From positions 2,852 to 66,851 of the forward strand of contig URCP01000001.1 in the NCBI GenBank assembly GCA_900546315.1: 64,000 nucleotides of DNA. Reading direction: 5' to 3'. Each line of letters starts with the position of its first letter. Position 1 is the first letter of the stretch. Below the pieces are notes generated by a model. That model saw only the letters and a program-made list of their open reading frames with translations, did not search any database and was not told the origin of the DNA. The position numbers were made by a program, and so were the translations under genes. Below are positions 17,095-24,975 of this stretch, in pieces. The DNA comes from an uncultured Eubacteriales bacterium. GTDB taxonomy: Bacteria; Bacillota; Clostridia; Oscillospirales; CAG-272.

Positions 17095-18248
17095 GTCGTC
17101 GCCTCCATCAGATGTCCCTTTCTTATCTCAGTCCCGCCGACAGGCTTTATCCGTCCGCGGTAGATACCGAAAACGCCGTCCTTCTTGACGTGGTATCCGA
17201 GCGGCGACTCCCCGACGACAGACAGCTTGTCTCCCGCCTTTACAGGCAGCAGATAGTCCGAGTAATCGGCGGCATACTCGTCGTCGTACATATAATAGTC
17301 CGGAATCAGGCACTCATGCCCGGTCGACAGGTGCCGTATCCGCCTGTACTGATCAAACTGCTCAAGCGTCTCGACCCGGTTGTCGATCCATCGGAGGTTG
17401 ATATGATCCTCCGACGGTGCCTGATCGTCAAGCGCCTCGGCGCGCGGCAGGTCGTCAGCAGACAGGAAGCAGATATCTCCGACGTCCGCCGCGATATCGG
17501 GAATAATGAGCAGATTGAGCTGCCCGTACTCCTTTATCCCGCAGCCACCGTCGATCGGTATTATCCGCTTCTTCCGGTTTATCAGAGGGTCGCAGCAGGC
17601 GGTTCTGTCGCTGTAGAGCTGGACTGGCCAGTGACCGGCGACCACATATTTATCAAAGACCGGCGCACCGGTCATAAAATCGTCGTACTTGAGCAGTTCT
17701 CTCGCGTCCCTCGACGCGTTCGCCCGGATATCACTGTCGCGCAGCCCGCCGTGAACGAAAACATACTTCTGTGTCTCGAGAACAGTCGGCAGACCGGAAA
17801 TGAAATCAAGCTCCGTCCGGAATCGTTCCAGGACCCTGTCCTTCACGGCGAGCACCTCCTCCGGCGAAGAACAGAACACCCCGAACTCCGACGTCATCTC
17901 GTCCCATATCCCGTGGCTCCACGAGCGTATCTCCTCGAGATACTCATAGAACTGTACGGCTGAATCAACGTCAAGCCGCAGTATGCTGTCCACCCTCGCA
18001 AGGTCGACGTTTCCCATCAGCGCGACTGTGTTCCCTTTTCCGGTGAGCCGCATGACCTCTCTGAGCGCGCCGAGGCTGTCCGGACCCTTCTCAGCTATGT
18101 CGCCGACAATCACGAGCAGGTCGTCGTCCGAGAACCCCGCCGCGTCGAGCAGACGGCGAAACAGCTCCGGGTGACCATGTATGTCGCTCGTCACGAGTAT
18201 TCGTTTTCCGGACGGAATATTCATTTTAATGAATTTTGTCTCCGTCAT
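17091..18248 (-). CDS. Metallophosphoesterase (PrpE/ApaH-like) with an extra C-terminal domain
   Basis: Motifs DIHG, GDIAEKGPDS, GNVD and VHGG. Confidence 0.75.
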   Translation of the reverse strand: MTETKFIKMNIPSGKRILVTSDIHGHPELFRRLLDAAGFSDDDLLVIVGDIAEKGPDSLGALREVMRLTGKGNTVALMGNVDLARVDSILRLDVDSAVQFYEYLEEIRSWSHGIWDEMTSEFGVFCSSPEEVLAVKDRVLERFRTELDFISGLPTVLETQKYVFVHGGLRDSDIRANASRDARELLKYDDFMTGAPVFDKYVVAGHWPVQLYSDRTACCDPLINRKKRIIPIDGGCGIKEYGQLNLLIIPDIAADVGDICFLSADDLPRAEALDDQAPSEDHINLRWIDNRVETLEQFDQYRRIRHLSTGHECLIPDYYMYDDEYAADYSDYLLPVKAGDKLSVVGESPLGYHVKKDGVFGIYRGRIKPVGGTEIRKGHLMEATT

Positions 18249-19120
18249 GGTATGATATGCAGCTCCCTTGCCGCCCTCTCCCAGTACTCCTCCGGCAGGA
18301 CGGTGTCGCCGTCAAAGCGCTCCGACGCGGCTATCCTCCACGCGAGCGCGACGCACCTCGCAGCGTAGTCCTTCTCGTCGTACATCGAGCGGATGATGCA
18401 CTTCGCCCAGACGCCCGCCTTCTCGAGAAGACCGCTGCGCCGGAACTCCGCAGCCATCCTGTTCTTATCATAATCGACCGTCATCGTGCGGTATCTCCAC
18501 ACGCCGCGCCTCGGCTCGAGCATCAGAAACTTCGACCCGGGGCGGTGATCCTGCGGCAAGCCGACGCTCGGGCAGAAAATGACCCGTTTTCCCGCCGCCT
18601 CCGCGATACCGCCCTTGTGCGTGTGACCGCAGAGAAGCGCTTTTCCCTTCACCTCGTTAAGGCACTTCTCAATGAGCGCGGGACGGTTCATCAACCACTC
18701 CTTCGTCGCTCTGGGCGACGCGTGGCAGGCGGTCAGCGGCGGCGTACCGAGCGGCACAGTCACTCCGTCCGCCTCAATGTCAAGCGAAACCGGAAGCGCC
18801 GCCAGACGGTCGAGATCCGCTTTCGTCAGGTTCTCGAACGTATAAAGCAGCGACCCGCTGCTGGACGAAAATCTCCAGCCGTCCGACGGGTCCTCACGGT
18901 GTCTGAGAAGATAGTCCTCGCGGTTCCCGCGCACGAACCAGCAGGGGAACGCCGCCGCGCACTCATCGAGAAGCCGCAGCGTGTACTGCGGGTGCGGGAA
19001 ATCGGTCAGGTAATCGCCGAGAAACACGATCCCGTCCGGATGCAGGCTCCCGATAAGGCATAAAGCGTTCTCAAGCGCCATATAATTCGAATGTATGTCA
19101 GATATTATCGCAAGCTTCAT
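18245..19120 (-). CDS. Metallophosphoesterase family protein
   Basis: Motifs SDIHSN, GDYL, RGNRED and CGHTH. Confidence 0.75.
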   Translation of the reverse strand: MKLAIISDIHSNYMALENALCLIGSLHPDGIVFLGDYLTDFPHPQYTLRLLDECAAAFPCWFVRGNREDYLLRHREDPSDGWRFSSSSGSLLYTFENLTKADLDRLAALPVSLDIEADGVTVPLGTPPLTACHASPRATKEWLMNRPALIEKCLNEVKGKALLCGHTHKGGIAEAAGKRVIFCPSVGLPQDHRPGSKFLMLEPRRGVWRYRTMTVDYDKNRMAAEFRRSGLLEKAGVWAKCIIRSMYDEKDYAARCVALAWRIAASERFDGDTVLPEEYWERAARELHIIP

Positions 19121-19297
19121 CTGAGGACTCCCACTATAAATACTGTACTTATTATTATAATTACTTTTTGACTGCGTGTCAATGATTTTCGGAAGAAGTG
19201 ATAATTGTTTACATTTGGGTCCAAAAATCCGAAAAGGTTATTTTGTCCATCATTAATAAGTACAAACAAAAATATTAAAAAAATTTTGGGAACCTAC

Positions 19298-19326
19298 TTG
19301 ACAAAAGCGAAAAGATGTGATAGAAT
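19298..19326 (+). promoter_or_regulatory. Promoter of the surface-protein gene
   Basis: TTGACA (19298-19303), 17-nt spacer, TAGAAT (19321-19326), inside a ~270-bp AT-rich spacer. Confidence 0.7.
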
Positions 19327-19394
19327 AAATACAGACATAAATCCGCAAGAACCAAGGATTGTGTTCAACATTTATAATTAAGGAGATATCTATC

Positions 19395-20201
19395 ATGAAA
19401 AGAAAACTCTTAGCTCTTACTCTGGTTCTTTCCGCACTCATCACCGGTGTGTCCGCTCACGTTGACGGCGGCAACCTCGGAGACGTTCCGAACACCGCTG
19501 AGAAGATCACGGTCGACGGCAAGAAGGACGCCATCTACGACCAGGCTCTCAAGGTCAAGGTCGACCAGGCAAACGGCAGCACAAGCGTTAACGCTACAGG
19601 CGAGGCTTGGCTCCTTTACGCTGATGGTCATCTCTATGTCTACGCTGAAGTAGCCGATAAGGATCTCGTTGATCCGGATCCGGACACACAGTCGAGCTCC
19701 CCGTGGATGACCGACTCCTTTGAGGTCTTCGTAAATGAGAAGAACAGCGACGTCGAGGCTGACATCATGCAGTATCGTATCGACTGCGCCGGCTTCCCGT
19801 CCGCTTACGACAAAAACGGTCTTGCTGAGTACGGCCCTGGTAACGCTGACAGCTACTTCACCTATGCAGCAAGATCCACCGACAATGGCTATGCCGTTGA
19901 GTACTCCATCCCTGTTTCCGCTAAGGAAGTTGGCGTTAACTTCCAGATCAACGACATGCTGAGCGACGGTTCTCAGTCTCTCGCAATGGCTCCTTCCAAG
20001 GTTACCGGCGCGGGCGCAGGCAGCTGGGCCCCTGGCGAGTATCCTTACATCACCATCGGTGGTTCCACCGTATCTCTCCCTGTTGAGGATTCCGGCGAAG
20101 CAACCGGCGGCTCTGCTGCAACGTTTGACTTCACCGCAGTCGCGGCTGTCGGCGCGGCTCTCAGCGCGGCTGGTTACGCTCTCACCAAGAAGAGAAAGTA
20201 A
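19395..20201 (+). CDS. Secreted CBM9/DOMON-like carbohydrate-binding protein with a C-terminal hydrophobic anchor and basic tail
   Basis: Signal peptide MKRKLLALTLVLSALITGVSA follows AAGGAG. The C-terminus is ...SGEATGGSAATFDFTAVAAVGAALSAAGYALTKKRK. Confidence 0.55.
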   Translation: MKRKLLALTLVLSALITGVSAHVDGGNLGDVPNTAEKITVDGKKDAIYDQALKVKVDQANGSTSVNATGEAWLLYADGHLYVYAEVADKDLVDPDPDTQSSSPWMTDSFEVFVNEKNSDVEADIMQYRIDCAGFPSAYDKNGLAEYGPGNADSYFTYAARSTDNGYAVEYSIPVSAKEVGVNFQINDMLSDGSQSLAMAPSKVTGAGAGSWAPGEYPYITIGGSTVSLPVEDSGEATGGSAATFDFTAVAAVGAALSAAGYALTKKRK

Positions 20202-20226
20202 TCGCTTTTCAGGTAATATCCTTTCA

Positions 20227-20258
20227 AGCCGCGCGGCGCTGAGCCGCGCGGCTTTTTC
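20227..20258 (+). terminator. Terminator after the surface-protein gene
   Basis: AGCCGCGCGG pairs with CCGCGCGGCT, followed by TTTTT. Confidence 0.85.
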
Positions 20259-20436
20259 TTCCGCCGGACAAAAAAAGTGGAAACAAATTGCGCGGAAACT
20301 ATTGACTTTTTCATACCGGATGTGATATAATACATCAGATGAGTAAAAATGATCAGTGAACAGCTGCCTCCGACAGACGGGCGGCGCAAAAATAAGAACA
20401 ATAAAAATTTCTGTTTTATAACAAGGAGAATTTATC

Positions 20437-21480
20437 ATGGAAAAGATCAAAGCTGCCCAGATAGGCTGCGGCGGACGCAACGGTGCCCACTTCCAGAAGC
20501 TCTCGAGCTTCGCTGACGTCGACATCGTCGGCTTCTGCGACATAATCCCCGAGCGCGCCGAGGCAAGACGCAACGCTTACGGCTCCGGCAAGGCATACAC
20601 CGACTATGTCCAGATGCTCGACGAAACGAACCCCGACGTCGTCTTCATCGCTGTCCCCCCGCACGTTCACGGTGAAATCGAACCCGAACTCATAAAGAGA
20701 AAGATCCACTTCCTCGTCGAAAAGCCGATGGCTCTCGACTACTCCGTCGCCGAACACATCTGCGACGAAGCCGAAAAGGCGGGCATACTCACCGCCGTCG
20801 GTTTCCAGGACAGATACCAGTCCCTCACCGACATCATGAAGGACTACATAAAGGACAAGCAGATCGGTCTCGTCTCCGGCGGCTGGCTCGGCGGCATCCC
20901 CGGTGTGCCGTGGTGGAGAACCTTCGAAACCTCCGGCGGTCAGATCGTCGAGCAGAACATCCACCTCTTCGACCAGCTCCGCTGGTTCTTCGGTGAACCC
21001 GCAGAAGTCTTCTGCGCGTCCGGCAAGGGCATCGTCGACCCCGAAGCATACGGCGTTCCGGGCTACAACGTAGACGACTACTCCTCCGCGACCATGAAGT
21101 TCAAGAACGGCGTCGTCGCCAACCTCTTCACAGCCTGCTACTTCCAGGCAGGCTCGAAGGCTCCGAGCGGCATGACCATCTACGGCAAGGACTTCACTGT
21201 TGAATACGGCCTCCGCCACACCGTCACCATCACAGACAAGACCGGCGTCCGCCACTGGGAGCGCGCCAACGACGAACTCATCTTCACCGACGTCGACGGA
21301 AAGGTAACAAAGACCCCCGACACCGAACAGACCGGTCTCCAGGACCGCGCCTTCATCGACGCTATCAAGTCCGGCGATCCCTCCGGTATCCGCTCGAACT
21401 ACCGCGACGCTCTCAAGTCGCTGAAGCTCACCATGGCTTGCAACGAGTCCGCTGCTACCGGGAAAGCTATCAATCTCTGA
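20437..21480 (+). CDS. Gfo/Idh/MocA-family oxidoreductase
   Basis: N-terminal Rossmann sequence IGCGGRNGAH..., EKPMA motif. Confidence 0.8.
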   Translation: MEKIKAAQIGCGGRNGAHFQKLSSFADVDIVGFCDIIPERAEARRNAYGSGKAYTDYVQMLDETNPDVVFIAVPPHVHGEIEPELIKRKIHFLVEKPMALDYSVAEHICDEAEKAGILTAVGFQDRYQSLTDIMKDYIKDKQIGLVSGGWLGGIPGVPWWRTFETSGGQIVEQNIHLFDQLRWFFGEPAEVFCASGKGIVDPEAYGVPGYNVDDYSSATMKFKNGVVANLFTACYFQAGSKAPSGMTIYGKDFTVEYGLRHTVTITDKTGVRHWERANDELIFTDVDGKVTKTPDTEQTGLQDRAFIDAIKSGDPSGIRSNYRDALKSLKLTMACNESAATGKAINL

Positions 21481-21493
21481 TATACCTTCGCTT

Positions 21494-21533
21494 GCGGGGG
21501 AGAGATGCCTTTGAAAAGGCACCTCTCCCCCGC
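21494..21533. repeat. G5/C5-rich long hairpin without a T-run
   Basis: GCGGGGGAGAGATGCC pairs with GGCACCTCTCCCCCGC, followed by a second C-rich tract. Its design is similar to the hairpin at 37674-37721. Confidence 0.6.
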
Positions 21534-21571
21534 CCCCCTCTCCGCTAAACTTTTATACATTAGAAACACGA

Positions 21572-21597
21572 CCTCCCGACGCACAGCGGGAGGTTTT
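21572..21597 (+). terminator. Canonical terminator after the Gfo/Idh/MocA gene
   Basis: CCTCCCG pairs with CGGGAGG, followed by TTTT. Confidence 0.8.
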
Positions 21598-21632
21598 AAT
21601 TCTGAACAGAGCGTAAAATCGCTCGGCGGCGC

Positions 21633-21661
21633 TTGCATTCGGGCGGAAAATGTGGTATACT
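21633..21661 (+). promoter_or_regulatory. Promoter of the SGNH hydrolase gene
   Basis: TTGCAT, 17-nt spacer, TATACT. Confidence 0.65.
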
Positions 21662-21690
21662 GATAGTATAACGCAGAACAGGAGACTCAT

Positions 21691-22677
21691 ATGATACTCA
21701 ACGCCGAACGCCTTCGGGAAATCACCCGAGGAACCGAAGAAATCACCGACCACGACGGGACAACCTCATTCTTCCGCTTCACGCCCGAACAAGCGCAAAA
21801 ATACCGCTTCCACCGCCCACCGGACTTCTATCTCAAAACAAACGCCACCGCGGACGTTCGCATAGCGTTCCGCACCGACTCGGCACACATCAACTTCGAC
21901 TACCGCTTCGGCTTCGGATCAAGCCGCAAATTCGGCTGGTTCGACGTCCTCGTCGACGGAGTACTCACACACCACATCGGCGACGACAGCATAACCCACA
22001 TAACCGGAAGAGCCGACATAACCCTCCCCGCCGGACTCAAAAGCGTCGAAATATACTTTCCATGGTCAAAAGCCGCGTCAATATCCTCCTTCGAGCTCGA
22101 CGACGGCTCGCTCGTATATCCGCTCGAGCGTCGATACAAAATGATAACCTACGGCGACTCGATAACCCACGGCTACGACGCCCAGTTTCCCTCCCTCGCG
22201 TACTCGTCAAAGCTCTCGCGCCTCCTAGACACGGACAACACGAACAAAGCCATCGCCGGAGACACCTTCTTCCCGGAGCTTCTCGAGCCGGAAGAAACCA
22301 TCGTCCCGGACATTGTCACAACCGCGTACGGCACGAACGACTGGAACGTCCACGACTATGACACCCTATCCGAGAACTGCCGGAAATTCTACACAACCCT
22401 GTCGGAAAAATACCCGTCGGCAAGGATATTCGCTATAGCGCCGATCTGGCGCGCCGACCTTGACAAAGAGACGAAATTCGGAGAACCGTTCGAAACCGTC
22501 GCCGCGATAATACGCAGCGTTTGTGCCCCTCTCGGCAACGTCACCGTCGTCGGCGGGACACGCATGACCCCGCACTGCACCGACTTCTACTCGGACGGAT
22601 ACCTGCACCCGAACGATCTCGGCTTCACACAGTACGCCGAAAACCTCTGTAACGAGATAAGAAAATACATAATCTGA
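21691..22677 (+). CDS. SGNH/GDSL-family hydrolase
   Basis: Block I is YGDSITHG. The C-terminal D-x-x-H-type block is DGYLHPN. Confidence 0.75.
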   Translation: MILNAERLREITRGTEEITDHDGTTSFFRFTPEQAQKYRFHRPPDFYLKTNATADVRIAFRTDSAHINFDYRFGFGSSRKFGWFDVLVDGVLTHHIGDDSITHITGRADITLPAGLKSVEIYFPWSKAASISSFELDDGSLVYPLERRYKMITYGDSITHGYDAQFPSLAYSSKLSRLLDTDNTNKAIAGDTFFPELLEPEETIVPDIVTTAYGTNDWNVHDYDTLSENCRKFYTTLSEKYPSARIFAIAPIWRADLDKETKFGEPFETVAAIIRSVCAPLGNVTVVGGTRMTPHCTDFYSDGYLHPNDLGFTQYAENLCNEIRKYII

Positions 22678-22699
22678 AAATCATCACGGAGGCAAAAGA

Positions 22700-22819
22700 T
22701 TGAAAGATAAATCTTTCAATCCAGACATTTTGAGGCTTTCGTTGTCTTACGACAACGATTTTGCTTCGCAAAACCAGCCCCAAAACGGGGAGAAAGGATG
22801 CTTTCGCTGCGGCGAAAGC
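22700..22819 (+). promoter_or_regulatory. Array of five short perfect hairpins upstream of (or within the 5' end of) the HTH-SdaA gene
   Basis: Five hairpins: TTGAAAGA/TCTTTCAA (22700-22719), GTTGTC/GACAAC (22741-22756), TTTTGC/GCAAAA (22759-22773), CCCC/GGGG (22778-22790) and GCTTTCGC/GCGAAAGC (22800-22819). Confidence 0.4.
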
Positions 22820-22837
22820 TTTGGTTATAATCAAGAA

Positions 22838-24310
22838 ATGAACAACGAAGCGGAATTCGCCCGCAGATTCACGATACTCCGCAAAAAGAGCGGAATAACT
22901 CAGCAGCGCCTCGGCGACGAGCTCGGAGTCAGCAACCGCGCCGTCTCAAAATGGGAAAACGGACTCGCTATGCCGTCGGTCGAGAATATATACAGGCTGT
23001 CAAGGATATTCGGAGTTCCGGTCGACTACTTCTTTTCCATCGAATCCCCGGACGCGAAGGCGTCAGAGCCCGCGCCCGGCGCGATGAAATCCCTCCGTAT
23101 GCTCTACCGCATAGGCCGCGGACCGTCAAGCTCGCACACGATGGGACCGGAGCGCGCCTGCCGTTTCTTCAGCGAGAAACACCCGGACGCCGACCACTAT
23201 CAGGTCACGCTCTACGGCTCGCTCGCGAAGACCGGGGTAGGTCACGGCACCGACCGCGTCATAAAAGCCACCCTCGCGCCTATAGAATGCGATATCATAT
23301 TCGACACGACCACGATCGACATCCCGCACCCGAACACGATGGATATGCGCGCCATGAAGAACGGCGAGGTGATCGATTCGGTCCGCTTCATCAGCGTCGG
23401 CGGCGGCAGGATCGAATGCGACAAATACGAATTCTCGGAGGGACCGGACATCTACCCCGTCTGTTCCTTTGAAAAAATAGCCGCGGAATGCCGCGAGCGC
23501 GGAATCCGGCTCTGGGAATACGTCGAGTCGGTCGAGGGCGCGGAGATATGGGACTATCTCTCGGAGGTCTGGAGCTGTATGAAGCACAGCATCACGAGCG
23601 GTCTCGCCGACGAGGGCATACTCCCCGGCGGTCTCGGCGTGCAGAAGAAAGCGAAGCAGCTCTTCAACCGCCAGCACATAGACGAAAGCGCGGAAACGCG
23701 TGAGAACCGCATCGTCTGCGCCTACGCCTTCGCCGTCAGTGAACAGAACGCCTGCGCCGAGAGAATCGTCACGGCGCCCACCTGCGGCTCCTCCGGTGTT
23801 GTTCCGTCCGTCCTGTACTATCAGCAGAAAAAGCGCGGATACTCGGATACGGATATCATCCACGCGCTCGCCGCCGCCGGGGTCGTCGGGAACCTTATCA
23901 AAACGAACGCCTCGATATCCGGAAGCGAATGCGGCTGTCAGGCGGAGATAGGCTCCGCCTGCGCGATGGCGTCCGCGGCTCTCGCTGAGCTCTTCGGGCT
24001 CGACCTCGACAAGATCGAGTACGCCGCCGAGATAGCGATCGAGCATCATCTCGGTCTCACCTGCGACCCGATCTGCGGGCTTGTGCAGATACCCTGCATA
24101 GAGCGCAACGCCGTCGCCGCGATGCGCGCGATCAACGCGGTCAGCCTCGCAAGCTTCCTCAGCGACTCGAGGAAGATCTCGCTCGACAAGGTCATCCGCG
24201 TGATGAAGGAGACCGGGCTCGACATCTCGAAAAAATACAAGGAAACCGCCGAGGCCGGGCTCGCGAAGCTCAAGTTCTCCGGAAACACGACAGACTCCGC
24301 GAAAGGTTGA
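22838..24310 (+). CDS. sdaA: XRE-type HTH domain fused to a single-chain iron-sulfur L-serine dehydratase (beta plus alpha domains)
   Basis: N-terminal sequence ILRKKSGITQQRLGDELGVSNRAVSKWENG. This is followed by serine-dehydratase motifs (GRGPSSSHTMGP, TAPTCGSSGVVP, GSECGCQAEIGSACAMA, CDPICGLVQIPCIERN). The start is ambiguous: ATG 22838 is preferred, but TTG 22700 has a good GGAGG RBS. Confidence 0.8.
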   Translation: MNNEAEFARRFTILRKKSGITQQRLGDELGVSNRAVSKWENGLAMPSVENIYRLSRIFGVPVDYFFSIESPDAKASEPAPGAMKSLRMLYRIGRGPSSSHTMGPERACRFFSEKHPDADHYQVTLYGSLAKTGVGHGTDRVIKATLAPIECDIIFDTTTIDIPHPNTMDMRAMKNGEVIDSVRFISVGGGRIECDKYEFSEGPDIYPVCSFEKIAAECRERGIRLWEYVESVEGAEIWDYLSEVWSCMKHSITSGLADEGILPGGLGVQKKAKQLFNRQHIDESAETRENRIVCAYAFAVSEQNACAERIVTAPTCGSSGVVPSVLYYQQKKRGYSDTDIIHALAAAGVVGNLIKTNASISGSECGCQAEIGSACAMASAALAELFGLDLDKIEYAAEIAIEHHLGLTCDPICGLVQIPCIERNAVAAMRAINAVSLASFLSDSRKISLDKVIRVMKETGLDISKKYKETAEAGLAKLKFSGNTTDSAKG

Positions 24311-24346
24311 AAAAATCAGCCGGGTTAAAACCCGGCTGATTTTTTA
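24311..24346. terminator. Bidirectional terminator between sdaA-like (+) and the KH-domain gene (-)
   Basis: AAAAA-ATCAGCCGGG-TTAAAA-CCCGGCTGAT-TTTTT. Confidence 0.85.
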
Positions 24347-24583
24347 TTCCACAATATCGACCGTGACCTTCTTGCCGTCGGCCGCGGCTGCCGCCTTCAT
24401 CACAAGGCGGATGGATTTGGCGATCCGTCCGTGGCGGCCGATCACCTTGCCCATATCATCCTGGGCGACGTGCAGTTCAAGCGTCACGCTGCCGCCCGCG
24501 TCGGTCTCGTCGACCGAAACCTGCTCGGGCGAATCTACGATGGCTTTCGCAATGTCCGTGAGGACCTGCTTTAGATCTACCAT
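24344..24583 (-). CDS. KH-domain RNA-binding protein (YlqC-like)
   Basis: GKVIGRHGRIAKSIR GxxG motif. Conserved position downstream of rpsP. Confidence 0.85.
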   Translation of the reverse strand: MVDLKQVLTDIAKAIVDSPEQVSVDETDAGGSVTLELHVAQDDMGKVIGRHGRIAKSIRLVMKAAAAADGKKVTVDIVE

Positions 24584-24643
24584 ACGATCACCTTGCCCTC
24601 TTCACAGGGATGAGGGCGTCCTTTCAGAAACTTTTACTGACTT

Positions 24644-24889
24644 TTAGTCAATAGCGCCGGACTTCTTGAGAAGAGCCTTGACGGTATCGGTCGGCTGAGC
24701 GCCGTTCTTTATCCACTTCTGTGCCTTCTCAGCGTCGATCTTGATCTCTGCCGGCTCGACCATCGGATTGTAGGTTCCGAGGATCTCGATGAAGCGGCCG
24801 TCGCGCGGGAAACGCGAGTCAGCGACAACAACGCGGTAATACGGATTCTTCTTAGCACCGATTCTGGTGAGTCTGAGTTTAACTGCCAT
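24644..24889 (-). CDS. rpsP: 30S ribosomal protein S16
   Basis: [35 protein letters not shown]. Confidence 0.95.
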   Translation of the reverse strand: MAVKLRLTRIGAKKNPYYRVVVADSRFPRDGRFIEILGTYNPMVEPAEIKIDAEKAQKWIKNGAQPTDTVKALLKKSGAID

Positions 24890-24975
24890 TTTAATTTTCC
24901 TCCGAAAATATATTGTGTTGAAATTTTATTTGAAAACCGTAAAATACGGGATTTTCTTAATTTGGTTATGCCGGA

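Noticed and set aside
19121-19394. AT-rich 270-bp spacer as a horizontally acquired island or ncRNA gene
   Set aside because: It contains a consensus promoter and leader for the downstream surface-protein gene. It shows no terminator-bounded structured RNA and no mobility genes, so it is most simply a promoter/UP-element region.
22700-22819. Hairpin arrays at 3023-3282 and 22700-22819 as CRISPR arrays
   Set aside because: There is no constant direct repeat alternating with unique spacers. Each hairpin has a different sequence, the period is irregular, and no cas genes are present.
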